Below, piece after piece: positions 23,657 to 58,345 of a stretch of 64,000 nt of DNA; the stretch's first letter is position 1; every line of letters starts with the position of its first letter. The stretch is taken from NCBI RefSeq assembly GCF_009914755.1, contig NC_060947.1; one strand, 5' to 3'. A model generated the notes under the pieces. That model was not told where the DNA came from. It searched no databases and worked only from the letters and a program-made list of their open reading frames with translations. The position numbers and the translations under genes are program-made. This DNA comes from the human T2T-CHM13v2.0 reference genome, Homo sapiens.

Positions 23657-23745
23657 CTTTCAGATTTGTTTTGACGAATACATCCTTCAATGATTTCTTT
23701 GACTTCAGGATCAGTGACTTTATTGAAGCTGGCTGGTTTTATGCC
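23657..23745 (-). CDS. WNK3: WNK3 exon 6 (89 nt): [30 protein letters not shown]
   Basis: Too short for the ORF track; found by eye. ttttctcctag|GGC acceptor and AG|gtgggt donor; phases fit both neighbours. Confidence 0.96.
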
Positions 23746-24179
23746 CTAGGAGAAAAAAATGGTTTCTAGTAACAATGATGCAATTGAAAGCCCAAGTCAA
23801 CATGACATTTATTAAACATTATTTTTATCACTAAACCATAGTCAAGTTTTAAATGAAATATTTAAATATACATGTGTATATATAGAGAACATAAGTTTAA
23901 TAACCTTTTGACAAGGATGTTGTCTACAAATAACAGTAAAAAAACCTTAAATAATCTAAACTTCTGACAACAGAGGCAAAGTTACACATATTATGTTATA
24001 TATATAGTATGATTTTCAAATCTAGATCTGCAGGTATATATGACAATATACAGAAATTAAAAATGTTCTCAGAATAATTAATGACATGGGAAATTCTCAT
24101 AATGTACTATTAAGTAGGGAAAAATAGGATCCCCAAATCTACATACAGTATAATCCCAATTAACAATATATAATAAACA

Positions 24180-24961
<782 letters not shown>

Positions 24962-26135
24962 CAATTCACTATATTTCAGTCTTCTAGAATGGCTAGAAGC
25001 CATCGGTAGACGGCAATCAGTAGATACATATGTGTATGTATGGGTATATATGTATATATATGAACATATATACCTATATATTTAAGAAATCTGTATTATT
25101 TTTATCCTTAAACAATAATAAAATATTGAGAGCATGTACCTCAAGCTAATTATCAGGTTCTAGGAATTCAAGAACAAATAAATGAAGTCCAGACAATTCA
25201 AAATGTTTCTATAATAACTGTGTTGGCTTCCTGAATCTGCTTATTTTATATTCTATTACCTTTTATTTAAGATTTAAAAAATAACCCAAGTAAGATCATT
25301 GCAGTCATTTAATAGAAAATTCCAAATTAAGCTGGAAGCAGAAAGGTACAATGGAAAGAATAATTGTTATGGAATGAAGCAATCTAACATCTACTTCTAC
25401 GCCTGTCATGCTACCTCAAAAGACATAGAATCAGAAAGCCCAGCATTACATCGTAGACAAATATGATGAAATTAGGAGTTAATTTAGTTCCTAAAATGTA
25501 GAAGCTTAAGACAGATGGAAATCTGAATTGTGATATGGCATTTTTAATGACTTTACTATAAAATAATAAAGTCACTATTCAAAAAATAGACCTATTAAAA
25601 CAGCAACTCAAAGTACAATAAAAAATTAAAAATAAAAATAAATTTTCTAAAATAAATACATTTAAAAAATTTTTAAAAATTGACCTGTTATTCTACCTAT
25701 GGAAAAAGCCCTCTTTGACCTTCCCACTGATATACTCATTTCTCATCTCTGGGTAAATTACTGCCTTTCTCTGCTCCTACGTAAAAACAGTTCAGGAGCT
25801 GTAACTTACAAAATCTAACACGAAATTCTTTTCTATTTATGGCCTTCCAAAATATGGGCCAAAACTAAAAACACATTCTAGCCTTATCTCTTTTTCTGAG
25901 CTCTTATAGAAATTTTCAAACATACTTGAAAGTAGAATAGCATAATGAAGTCCCGTGTAACCATCACCAGTTTCAACAACAGTCAACATTTTGCCAACCT
26001 TGTTTCAGCTATCTGCCCCCACACATATTGTATCCTGGAATATTTTAAAGCAAATCTCAGGCATCACGTCATTTCACCCATGAATTTTCCAGTTTACATC
26101 TCTAACAGATAAGAACCTTTTAAAAAAAAATCGTG

Positions 26136-26445
26136 TAGCTCAGGCATGGTGGCTCATGCCTGTAATCCTAGTACTTTAAGAGGCCAAGGTGGGTGGATTG
26201 CGTGAGCCCAGTAGTTCAAGACCAGTCTGGGCAACATGGTGAAACCCCATCTCTACACAAAAATATAAAAAGAAAAAAAAAATAGCTGCGTGTGGTGGTG
26301 TGTACCTGTGGTCCCAGCTACCAGGGTGGCTGAGGTGAGAGGATTGCCTGAGCCCAGGAAGTCAAGGCTATAGTGAGCCAAGATCGTACCACTGTACTCA
26401 AGCCTGGGTGACAGAGCAAACACTGTCTCCAAAAAAAAAAAAAAA
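26136..26445 (+). mobile_element. AluJ-like nested in an old reverse L1 3' fragment (about 25900-26590)
   Basis: Alu consensus; flanks resemble an L1MC/ME 3' UTR. Confidence 0.85.
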
Positions 26446-26596
26446 TCATATAATCGTCCCCCCTAAAATACTCATGAATAATTCCTTAATATCAAATATC
26501 TGAAACCCAGTCCATACTCAAATTTTCAAAATTGTCTAAATGATGTCTTTTTACAGTTGGTTTGTTCAAATCAGGATCCAAACAAGGTCCATAGGG

Positions 26597-27364
<768 letters not shown>

Positions 27365-27514
27365 CTCTTAAGTCTCTTGTATTCTATAAAAGCCTCCCTC
27401 CCTTCCTGTTTGTTTCATAAAATGTATTTGTTGGAGAAACTAGGTCATTTGTCCTACAGAATGTCCCACATTCTGGATTGTAGCCTTATTTCTTATTGTC
27501 TCCTTACACAAACT

Positions 27515-29125
<1,611 letters not shown>

Positions 29126-29556
29126 GGTATTAATTTTAAAAGGATTTAAAAAACCAATACCTACTAATGTTAAGCTACCTGAAACAATCTTTCACAGCCT
29201 GTCTTGAGCTGCCCAACTGGATATGAAGCAGTCCTCCTTTGAACAACACTTTGCTTCTACCTTCCTTATGTCCCTTACTATACTCTCATCCTCTTATTTT
29301 ATAGTCATTTGTGAATTTATATTATTCCCTTATTAGAAATGTAAGCTCTTTAGGGTAGCAAACACTTCTTACTCATGTTTGCATTCCTTACAATTTCTAA
29401 CACAAAAATTTACTCATAGCAGGGACCCAAATACTGTATCTATTGAACTATATTTTGAATGCCCTTTCATAAAAAGGCTTTTAGACCTAGAAGAAACCAT
29501 GTAGTCGGTCTCTATTATTCAGCTTTGAAAAATAAGATCCATCTAATAGATAACTA

Positions 29557-30379
<823 letters not shown>

Positions 30380-30693
30380 GCAAATTTTTAAGTATACAAT
30401 TTGTTGAATATTTGCTATATCTACATAAAGCACTGAAATAATTTATTTAATTTTCCATACTGATAGAGTGTAATTTGTAATGCTCAAGATTAGGTAACGA
30501 TTAATAAAATGTTTTTATTTCTATCCTTTTTACTTAAATTTTTCTGAATTAACTTAATAAACTCTCTTACTTACATCCTTAGAACCTTTCAATAATCCTA
30601 AATATAAATTATTATCCCACAAAAAATACATTAGGATGTCTCTGAAAAAAGCCAATATATAATAGGTATTTCAAAGCAAATTCAGTCTAAGCC

Positions 30694-30920
30694 CAGTATT
30701 GGCAAACTTTTCTGTTAAGGGCCAGATAGTAAACTGTTTAGGTTTTGCAGTTTGTATGGTCTCTGTCACACAACTACTCAACTCTGTCACTTGTAGGTGC
30801 AAAAGCAGTCCTAGACAATCTGTAAATGAGTGAGTGTGACTGTGTTCTAATAAAATTCGATTTACAAAAACAGGCAGTGAGCCACATTCATCCCACTGGC
30901 CATAGCTGGCTGATTCCTGT
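30694..30920 (+). mobile_element. MER58A-like DNA transposon
   Basis: cagtattggcaaacttttctgttaagggccagatagtaaa... Confidence 0.8.
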
Positions 30921-30984
30921 TCTAGACCTATACAATTGAAAAATCTCTCTTTACCCAACCAGTAAACTGTAAAACTTTAATCAC

Positions 30985-31205
30985 CAATGACACTCTTAGC
31001 AAATGAGGTACGCATTAAGGTGGCTAATCCTAGATCACCAATCTTCACAGATCCAGTGGGTCCCGTGATGAAAATATTGTCACACTTCAGATCCCGGTGA
31101 ATAATAGGAGGAGTCCTAGTGTGCAAGAACTGCAACCCCTTTAAAATTTGCCTGCACCAGCTCCTTAAGACCTTTGGTTTCATGACTTTAAATCGTTTTA
31201 AGTAC
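30985..31205 (-). CDS. WNK3: WNK3 exon 4 (221 nt): catalytic loop [11 protein letters not shown] motif and activation loop TSFAKSVIG
   Basis: tgtatag|G acceptor and G|gtgatt donor; phase compatible with exon 3. Confidence 0.97.
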
Positions 31206-31402
31206 CTATACAAAGAAACAAAAGACCATGTGTAAACAAACATATCCAACTTATTATATGAACACTATTAAGGTAAGTTACATAAGCAAACAACTTATGC
31301 ACTATGATTCCCATCACTGAGTTGTTTTCTATTGTCTGTTATGGCAAAACAAAAATTTAATCTAATACTTCATTCTTAGATAAGACATCCTACCAAGCAT
31401 AG

Positions 31403-32902
<1,500 letters not shown>

Positions 32903-33007
32903 CAGATTCTAAAAATTCTTTGAGTAGTTTTATTTTATAAAAATTGTTATGACTCCTGAAAATTATTTCCAAATAAAACTACATTGGCACTATCAGGGTC
33001 AACTTAC

Positions 33008-33180
33008 GTCTTTAAGGTCCCAGATGTCATTAGTTCAGTCACTAATACAATACATTTCTTTCCTTTTAATATAGATTCCCAGGAATCATAAAATCGAACT
33101 ATATTGGGGTGCTGGAGACCCTTCAACATCTCTGCTTCTTCCTTGAATCTTTGCTGCTCAGCTTTGGTTAACTTTCGGTC
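33008..33180 (-). CDS. WNK3: WNK3 exon 3 (173 nt), kinase domain [19 protein letters not shown]...SGTLKT
   Basis: ttttcag|GAC acceptor and AC|gtaagt donor; in frame with exon 2. Confidence 0.97.
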
Positions 33181-33926
33181 CTGAAAAGGAATAACAAGTT
33201 CCAAAATAAAGTCATGAAAATTCTCATGCACATTTCTAATACCACTCAACTGAATGCTTTATTGCATATATGCATGGATGTGTATATTTATTTATTTTTG
33301 CCTGTCAATGCTTTTCTCAAGACTTGTATCATCACAGATATCCTTTATTAGCTACTGTGACTCCTCCAACATGGCAATGCAGCACTATTATATTTCATAA
33401 GTACATTATAAACCCACCTGGGTAATAAATCAGTATCTTGAAAAACAGTATCTCAAAATGAATTGAGAAAAAGCAATAAAGCAGATAGGAAAGTTTCCCT
33501 AAGAAATCCCTGAGTTTCCATATCTAAAACATCTGTAATGTCAGAACAAGAACAATAAAAATGTTAAACATCTAGACATTTAATCTAATTAAATTTCTGA
33601 ATTGCCAAAATAAAAGTGCTCTAGGTTTCCATACAGAAATATTAGTTTATGAACCAGTGAGACATTCAAATAGGCATTGGACCTCTAATCTGCTACATTA
33701 ACTGCTAGAAGTCAAAGGAACAATTTTACAGAATTCTGAGGGAGAACTATGGCCCTAAAATTCTGATCCCAGACAAGCTATCCATCAAGTTTAAAAGTGA
33801 AAAAATCCTACATTTCTAGACAACAGGGACACAGACAGTACACCACCCCATACACCGTCTCTGACCATATTACTCAAAGAACTTCAATAAAAATTTGGAC
33901 ACAAAAAGTTAGAAAAGGAAGGTATG

Positions 33927-37214
<3,288 letters not shown>

Positions 37215-37986
37215 TTAATCACCCCTACACTGTCCACTTCTATATGATTGCCCCTCCCCCTGACACACTTCTGTTCTAGCTGTAGAGTCTTTACTTAGCA
37301 CTTTTATCAAATATTCCATTCATTCAATGTCAACATATGTTAGTTACATAGATCTAGCTTCATCTTTTCAACTATTACATAGTTTTCTGCACTATGGTCC
37401 ATGAATATCTTTTTCACCCTGGGAGATGATATCTTAGTTGATTAGAGATTCTTGGATGGTGTAGCCTTTTCCCCTTAATGGTCTACTGTCTTTTAGCTTC
37501 TAGCATTGAAGATAAGAAGAAAGGTGCATGTAAGATTCTTTTTTCTTGGTTAGTCTAGTTATTTACCAGATTTTACTAGATATCTACTTTTAGATACTAC
37601 TTCTTTTTGATTATCGAGACTACTAATTCAAGTCAGAAAAGTGATTATTTTCCCCTCATATTCAATCCTCTTCTGAGTCCTTGATTTACTCAGGGGAGCC
37701 CTGGGGTACCTTATGTAGTCCCATGAGTGATGGAGCTATAGCAGTCTCTCCCCTGAGGGCTGTTCTGTAACAACTAACATCTTGTTAGACATCGAGGAAG
37801 TGTGTTTGCTCCTTATTCTCCTAGAATGCAAAAGCTAACTCTCTCTCCTACTCTGCAGACTAAAAATGACCCCGTCTACCCTTTAGACCCTCAAGACTAA
37901 AAGACTGGTCAGCCCACTAGTCTTTTAGCTCTGCTCACACTTTTGAGGGGGCATAACTATACAAAGAGATCAGCAGATCTTCCCCT

Positions 37987-40320
<2,334 letters not shown>

Positions 40321-40337
40321 TTAGAAAGTTAAGGAAG

Positions 40338-43907
<3,570 letters not shown>

Positions 43908-44799
43908 TCACAAGTGGTAGTCAAGGTAATAAATCAAAAGGCAATAAACCATGCATAGAACCAGGTTCACTTATCTTCCAGAACTGCTGATCAAAGATGT
44001 CCTCATCCAATCAGAATGTGAGCATTCGGTTCATTTGGTCAGGCTCTTGCCTTAGCAGGAGGACATACAGGAACATCTAGCTCCTTTGTTCCGACTCTAT
44101 AAGCACCAAGCCAGCTTCTGATTATAATTTAGCTCCCCATGTAACTAGCCTAAAGACTATATAGAACATTTTACCTAACAACTATATTTCTCATTTTAAA
44201 ATAATAAACTTGTATCCTAGATTTAGGAGCTGGAGTGAACACAAGTCAGTCTCCCCAACTCCCCAACCTCTGGACATTGACAAAAGGTGAAGGCCAGATA
44301 CTGAACCATGACCATCTAATCACGAAACTATTCCTCAGGTGCCCTTCAATGACACCATTAACTGACATCCCTTGAGTTTCGGTAGTTCAATGTTAAGAAT
44401 CTTAAACAGGATCCGTTTAAGAAATCATTTGTTCTAAAATGGTTAAAAACATAAAAGAATGATCTGCCCAAGTAACTAGTGAGTGGGAAATTCTTCAATC
44501 ATCTATGTAAATGCTTTACATAGATATAATTGATGGAATACAAATCCTGACTCTGCTCCATTGGGAAAATTGCTTAACATATCTAAATTTCAGTTCCACC
44601 ATCTGAAAACTAATAATCCTTATCTCATATACCTATTCTAAGGATTAAATAAAATATTCAAATTAAGTACCAGTATAAATGTTCCATTAATGTTAATTTT
44701 GATAATGGAAAATATATGATACCTGCTATTACTAACTATACCAAAGTATCTCAACCATAAATTCTCCTATTGTTGGGTTTCCAGAAACTTAACAGGTAT

Positions 44800-45515
44800 A
44801 CTGGGGAGAAATCACATAAAACTAACAGGTTAATGCCAATTAATAAATGCAGAAGGAATGTGAGAAAAAAATCATTAGAACACTACAGTTATAATGATGA
44901 CATGCAAGATACACCAACGGATGCTAAAATCAGCGGGCAAAAGTTTAAAAGAAAACAGTATATTTGCATAGTCTCAAAGATCTACCCCCAAGATATTTAC
45001 TAATATACAACAGGAAAAACAGTAACTTTACAGGAGAGAAAGCCTGGCAGATACCACCTTAACCAAGTGATCAAGATTATTATCACCAGTAATACAAAAC
45101 AACACCATGTACCCCCAGTTATGATGCACTGAGGATGGTGCATCACTTCTGTGGTATTCCTGCCAAAAATGCATAGTCTAAATCTAAGCATGAGAAAACA
45201 TAAGACAAAGTCAAATTAAGGGGCAATCTAAAAAACAACTAAGGGGCAATCTAAAAAACAACTAAGGGCCAAGCATGGTGGCTCACACCTGTAATCCCAG
45301 CACTTTGGGAGGCCGAGGCAGGAGGAATGCTTGAGGCCAGGAGTTAGAGATCAGCCTGTTCAGCATAGCAAGACCCCATCTCTACCAAAAATAAAAATAC
45401 AAGATATTAACATAAAGGGAGTCTGGGTGATGGGTATACAGGAACTTTCTATACTCTTTTTGCAACTCTTCTGTGAGTAGAAAATATATCAAAATAAAAA
45501 GTTTTTAAAAAAGAA
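44800..45515 (+). mobile_element. L1MC-like 3' fragment with an Alu monomer (45265-45400)
   Basis: agaaagcctggcagataccaccttaaccaagtgatcaag; ctgggtgatgggtatacaggaact. Confidence 0.75.
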
Positions 45516-45789
45516 AACTATGTAATAAAGGAGTGGTATCCCTGTTGCCCCCTACTGTCAACCCTACCATTTCCTTTAAACAAACCTATATTAAACAGCC
45601 CTTTCATCATTTCACGAACTCCAATTTCTAAGCCTTCTTATAACTGTAAACTCCTTCTACTGTAAGCTTTGTGAAAATGAGGCCTGTGTCTGCTTTTTCT
45701 CCCCATTATGTCCCTAGCACTTGGCATGTGTCTGGCACATTGCAGGTACTATTTATTTGTTGAATGAACAAATGGCAGCTATAGTCTAT

Positions 45790-46267
45790 TGTATTCATTT
45801 CCTATTGCTACTGTAACAAATTACAACAAACACAGTGGCTTAAAACAGAAATGTATTATCTGCTAGTTGTAGGGATTAAGAAATCCAAATTGAGTCTCTC
45901 TAGACTAAAATCAAGGTATCAGGAGGGCTGCATTCCTGTGAAGACTCTAGAGAAGAATGTTTCCTTATCTTTTCCAGCTTCTGGAGACTGTCCACATTCG
46001 TTGGCTCATTGTCAGCAACTGCATCACTCCAGCCTCTGCTTCCATCATCAGATCTCCTCCTCTGACTATGGCCATTCTGCCTCCCTCTTATAAGGACCCT
46101 TGTGATTACACTGGGTCCACCCAGATAATCCAGGGTAATCTTCCAATCCCTAGATCTTTAAGTTAATCGCATCTGCAAAGTCCTTTTTGAAATGTAAGAT
46201 GACATATTCACAGGTTCCAGGGATTAGGACATGGACATCTTTGGGGGGCTATTTTCAGCTTACCACA
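45790..46267 (-). mobile_element. MLT1C/D-like MaLR LTR
   Basis: tgtattcatttcctattgctactgtaacaaattac...cccagataatccagggtaatct...attttcagcttaccaca. Confidence 0.82.
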
Positions 46268-47285
46268 TGTATCAATTTTTTAAATCTATCAAGCAAATAA
46301 TTAGCTCAAAACTAACTCACTCAACTAACTGGGGAAATTAATGCTATTTCCCAGACAAAGGCTATCTCCTGCCACTCCCACCCTTTGTCATTTTGTAAAA
46401 GCATTTGCCTTTGGTTTATATTTAATAAAGTTCGTGACTAGTTTTTAAACAGAGATGAGAACATGTATATTTAAGCAAGCTCTATCCCTCCTCCCTTCAA
46501 TGTAATCACGCTTTGTCCATGACTGAATTCTACTTTTAGGGCTGGATCTGATGAAGAGAGTGGGAAATCAAACTGAATCAGACTATTTGGCGTGTGCCTA
46601 TAATGTAATGAAGCACTTTCTTACACGGCTAAACAGAATCCAGAAACATTTCCAAGAGGGACATAAAAATATTTGGGGAGCAAAATTAAATGTCCCAGTG
46701 CGAATACTGTAAACAACTATATTCAGAAACAGAAATTCTAGCATCTTTTTAAATTACTTTTTCCTTTATTGGAAATTCAACTGTTTTCGTATCTAATTCT
46801 AATTTCACAATCAAATGTAATAGGGCTAATGTCTCAAAATATAGTTTTCCCCAAAGTATACTTAGATGATGAATGAAAATAAAATAGAAATAAGTTCTTC
46901 CACAATTTTGATAGATGCTTCAGGTGTGGAAGTATGGATTTTTAAGCTGTTACTTCCACTGCATTGCTTTGAGTATATTCATTACTATAATGAAAGTATA
47001 TTAGAATGCTCACTCAACGTGTCAACCTGCTATACTCTATTGTGCCATTTTTTTCCTTTTGGTATTTCTTTTCAGTGTCATGTTTGGTTCGGTTAACAGG
47101 CTATAGCTCGAGTTGTTAGATATCTAAGTGCTATTCAAAGGTCTGTTACCCTCCAAAGTACACAATCACATATCTGACCACAGAGTGAGGCTTATTACAA
47201 GCACACTCAAATACATTTCAGAAAAAGTCAACAAAACATATTTCAAATCTCTATGATGTTTCTATATTTAGAAAAAAGTTCCATT

Positions 47286-50842
<3,557 letters not shown>

Positions 50843-51019
50843 ATCTTGGGAACTTTTAAACAGTAAGTTCCTGGAGCTCATCTCCTAAAGATTCCAATTT
50901 GAGAAGTCTGGACTGGAAGCCGGAAATCAGAATACATAATATAATATAAAGATCATGTTAGTGTATTAAAGGAATGCCTACTGTGTTTCAGCTAGCTTTT
51001 GGGTTTGGTCCCATATTTC

Positions 51020-51190
51020 AAGTGCTTCCCAAACTCTACTTAACTGTGCATACAAATCACTTGGATGTGTTACCAAAAGTCAGATTCTGATTCAGAATGT
51101 CTGGAATGAGGCCTGGGAATATGCAGTTCTGACAAGCTCCCAGGTGATGTCCATGCTGCTGGTCCAGGGACCACACTTCGAGTAGTAAGA
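51020..51190. mobile_element. MER5-like hAT-Charlie element
   Basis: cagattctgattcag...gacaagctcccaggtgatgtccatgctgctggtccagggaccacactt. Confidence 0.75.
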
Positions 51191-51244
51191 CCTTATGAGA
51201 TTTTTAAACCTTTCCAGAGGTGAATGATAGAAGTCAGTATCCTA

Positions 51245-52945
<1,701 letters not shown>

Positions 52946-52947
52946 AA

Positions 52948-53145
52948 TGGGGGTGGGTGGGAGGAGGGAGAGCATCAGGAAGAACAGCTAATGGATGCTG
53001 GGCTAAATACCTAGGTGATGGGATGATTTATGCAGCAAACCACCATGGCACACGTTTACCTATGTAACAAACCTGCACATCCTGCACATGTACCTCTGAA
53101 CTTAAAATTTGGAAATCAAAAAATAAAATTTAAAAAGAAAAAAAA
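52948..53145 (+). mobile_element. L1PB/old L1PA 3' end
   Basis: gcatcaggaagaacagctaatggatgctgggc...aacctgcacatcctgcacatgtac. Confidence 0.88.
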
Positions 53146-54429
53146 TTATGTAAATATACACTAACAAAAATAAATAAATAAATATACACTTACAGATAAT
53201 GAAAAGAGATTCAAGATAAGTGAAAATAAAGATTATAAAATTTTATAGAAAGATATATGTGTGTGTGTGCATATATATATATATATATACACACATACAT
53301 ATACCAGAAAGATGTATATACTAAAATGTTTAAAGCCTTGTACTCAAAGTACTGGAATTTTAGGTCATTCTGATGCTTGCTTGCCTGCATTATCTAATAT
53401 TTCTACTACAATGTATACCATATAAAATTCTTAAAGGGTAAAAAGCAGGTGAGAAGAAAACCAAGCAAACTCCACACATGCACATACCTTTCGAGGCCCA
53501 CCGGAATGGGTCTGACTGATAAGTAACTTGCTTTCTAAAGAGTGTTCAAGGGACTCCCTAAATTAGAAGCACTTAGAAAGTTTTTAAAAATTGCAGTCTT
53601 GCACCCCAATCCAGATTTATTGAATCAGAATTTGTACCAACGGGCCCTAGAGTTTGCATATGAAGCAAATACTGACTCTTATAAACAGTAAAGTTTGGAA
53701 ACCATGGCATTAAACAAAAAGCTTCCTAGAAATGCAGAAACCTGGACTAAATTCCAACCTATCTGAACAGCAACCTACAGCAAATTCAGAATGAGTGAAA
53801 TCATGGTGTTTTCATACATATACACCTACACTCACGGAGACCACTGGAATTTGAGCAACAGAAACCTGTTCTTAGCAACTGGCTTTATTCCATCCTAATT
53901 TTAAGCATCCCATGTGATCAATAACCAACCATTTCCTATGGGCTGACTGAGGTCACAGAGGTTTTCCTTATATTTGACCCACATCTGTCTAAAACTTCTC
54001 ATTATAACCCCTTCTATGATGTTCTGTCCCTATTTAGTTCTTCATTAATTAAAAGTACTACATGAACATTTATTATGGAACCAAATATGTAGGCAATTCA
54101 ATCATTCTCCTGTTGCTTTCATTTCTCATTTCTAAACACATTCTAGCTGAATAACTTCAATAGATTCTGGTGATTATTTCTTCCAGAGATACTCTCTGAG
54201 GTAAACTCAAAGGCATCATGAGCTTCTATCAGTAAAGGTCCTCAAAGAATCAAGTAAAACCTTTCCTGTTCTGAAAAACACCACATGAACCCCCAAGATT
54301 TTATTGAAAGAAAAAGAGAAAAGGTATATGCCACACTGAATATATTTCCCTATCACATTCTCAAGTACTTAGTATAACAATCAACTCATAAGTCATATAT
54401 TTATGAAAAGTTTTCAAAAGGAGACATTA

Positions 54430-54790
<361 letters not shown>

Positions 54791-55025
54791 AGCCATGATA
54801 GATTTTTTTTTCTTCCCCTTTAAAACAGAAAAGAAAACAACAGGAGAAAAAAAAGTTTGGAGTGAGCTCCTAAGAGGATATAGGAAAGGACCATAATTTC
54901 TAGGATGTGGGGGACAAGCCCTTTATTTTATTTTAATCCATGATACATGGATAATCATGAATCACACAGAAGGCCAGGCCAGCTAAAACTTGAATTTATT
55001 ATAACCAAGAAGATTATATACCTAC

Positions 55026-55562
55026 CTGCAGCTCACACCAAGCAACCTCAACCCATGTTTCAGTGTCCAGTCCTTTATATACTGTTTTAAATGCTCCTCT
55101 TCCTAGTTCTATGTCAAATTTCAGGAATCTGCCACTAGGAGAAGTAGCTACAGCCTTCATTTCTGCTTCTTCTTCCATTTCCTTTTCATTTTTCTCCTTG
55201 AAACAATCTTTTGAGATTTCTGAGGTTGACTTTGAACACTGTTCATATTTAACTTCTTGTCCACCTCTCAACACATTTGAAGGAAGCTTATCTACTCTTG
55301 GAATATTCATTGCAGCCTTAATTCTCTCATCTTTGGGGGATGATTCGGCAACTTTGTCATCTTCCGTCATTTCAACACTCTTTCGGAAAAATCTCTTCCT
55401 TTCTACAGTTTCCCCAGAAGCAGAGAAGGTACTGTTTTTCTCCTTTAGTCTAGCTTCTACTGTCAAAGTTGCAGCGACCTGGGGAACTCTGTTTTCAAAT
55501 GAAATTCCATCAGGTTTCTCAGAATCTTCTGTGCTGGCTGGATCCCCTGAATCAGTGGCCAT
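55026..55562 (-). CDS. WNK3: WNK3 first coding exon (exon 2), codons 1-179: N-terminus and kinase subdomains I-II
   Basis: ATG at 55562 (acaATGG). Translation [10 protein letters not shown]...[11 protein letters not shown]...VAWCELQ has the WNK signature: catalytic Lys159 in subdomain I and Cys replacing the usual subdomain II Lys. Donor CAG|gtaggt at 55026/55025. Confidence 0.98.
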
Positions 55563-55681
55563 TGTAATTAAAGTTGGCACTAAAATTTTTCCTGTTTCTA
55601 CTCTTCAGTCCAGTTACATCTCAGGTATCAGAATTATCAGAATGGACTTCCTTTTGCGTGGTCATGTATTTCCATAGCAAC
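55563..55681 (-). other. WNK3: 5' UTR portion of WNK3 exon 2 (119 nt), containing three uAUGs
   Basis: Acceptor tctttttcccccccttcag|G at 55682/55681. ATGs at 55675, 55665 and 55619 precede the main ATG. Confidence 0.85.
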
Positions 55682-56084
55682 CTGAAGGGGGGGAAAAAGA
55701 TATTTTAAAATCACCCTACAAAGGAAATCATTAAGGAGAAAACAAATCACCTGATTTTTTAATCCCTTTTTCCTTAATAAGAAGTTTATTCTTTTTTCTG
55801 TCCAATCTTAGGAACCAGCAGACTCTAGGGACTGTGTCTTATCTTGTTTACCATTAGTCCTCAGTGTCTAGCAGACTACTTAGTATATAGCTCAATCTGT
55901 CTTCATATTGCATGAATATTGGTTAGAAACCTAGTTCTCAGCTCCATCTGTCAATCCATCAAATTCAAAATGAGTACCCAAACCCTGAGTTCACTTAGCC
56001 ACAATGTGACAAACACAGTAAGTAAAACAACCACATGGTTTCTAGGTGGTTTTTGTCTAAAATTCTGGAATTCATCAATAGTAG

Positions 56085-56562
56085 TTTCTTTTACTGTACT
56101 AAAATATACATATCGTCAAATTTACCATTTTAACCATTTTTAATTATACAATTCAGTGGTGTTAAGTACATTCACAGTGTTGTGCAATCATCACTACTAT
56201 CCATGCCCAGAGCTTTTTAATCATCCCAAATTGAAACTCTGTACCAGTTAAACAATGATTCCCTATCAGCCCCCACCCACCCCTGGTAACTTCTACTTTC
56301 TGTCTCTATGAATTTGCTTATTCTAGGTAATTCATATAAATGGAATCAGACCACATTTGTCCTTTTGTGTCTGGCCTATTTCACTTAGTATAATATTTTC
56401 AAGGTCCACTGATGTTGTAGCATGTATCAGAATTTCATTCCTTTTTAAGGCTGAATAATATTCCATATGTTATAGACCACATTTTGTTCATCCCATTCAT
56501 CTGCCAATGGATTGGATTGCTTCCACCTTTTGACTATTGTGAATGTTGCTGCTATAAACATC
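56085..56562 (-). mobile_element. L1MB-like 3' end
   Basis: aaatttaccattttaaccatttt...tatttcacttagtataatattttcaagg. Confidence 0.85.
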
Positions 56563-56867
56563 CAACAGCAATTTGAAATAATGCAAATATTTATAAGCTT
56601 GCCTTCAGATTTTAACAGAAACTATTGTCAAATATTAATACACTATCCTAAAACAATAGCAAGAAAGACTCAAAACCACGTATTCTTTTAAACTAGCAAT
56701 TCTACTTATAGGAACTTGCCTTAGAAAATAGTCAAGAATCTGTGCAAAGATTTAACTATAAAGATGTTCATTCTAGCACTTATGGAAAAAACTAAACATA
56801 AGCCTAATTGGTGTTTAATTAAGTATCTCAAAATGAGGTATGCCACAACATTAAAAATAACACTGTA

Positions 56868-58345
<1,478 letters not shown>

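Noticed and set aside
55063-55677. 204-aa plus-strand ORF
   Set aside because: Antisense shadow of WNK3 exon 2, with no independent homology or gene structure.
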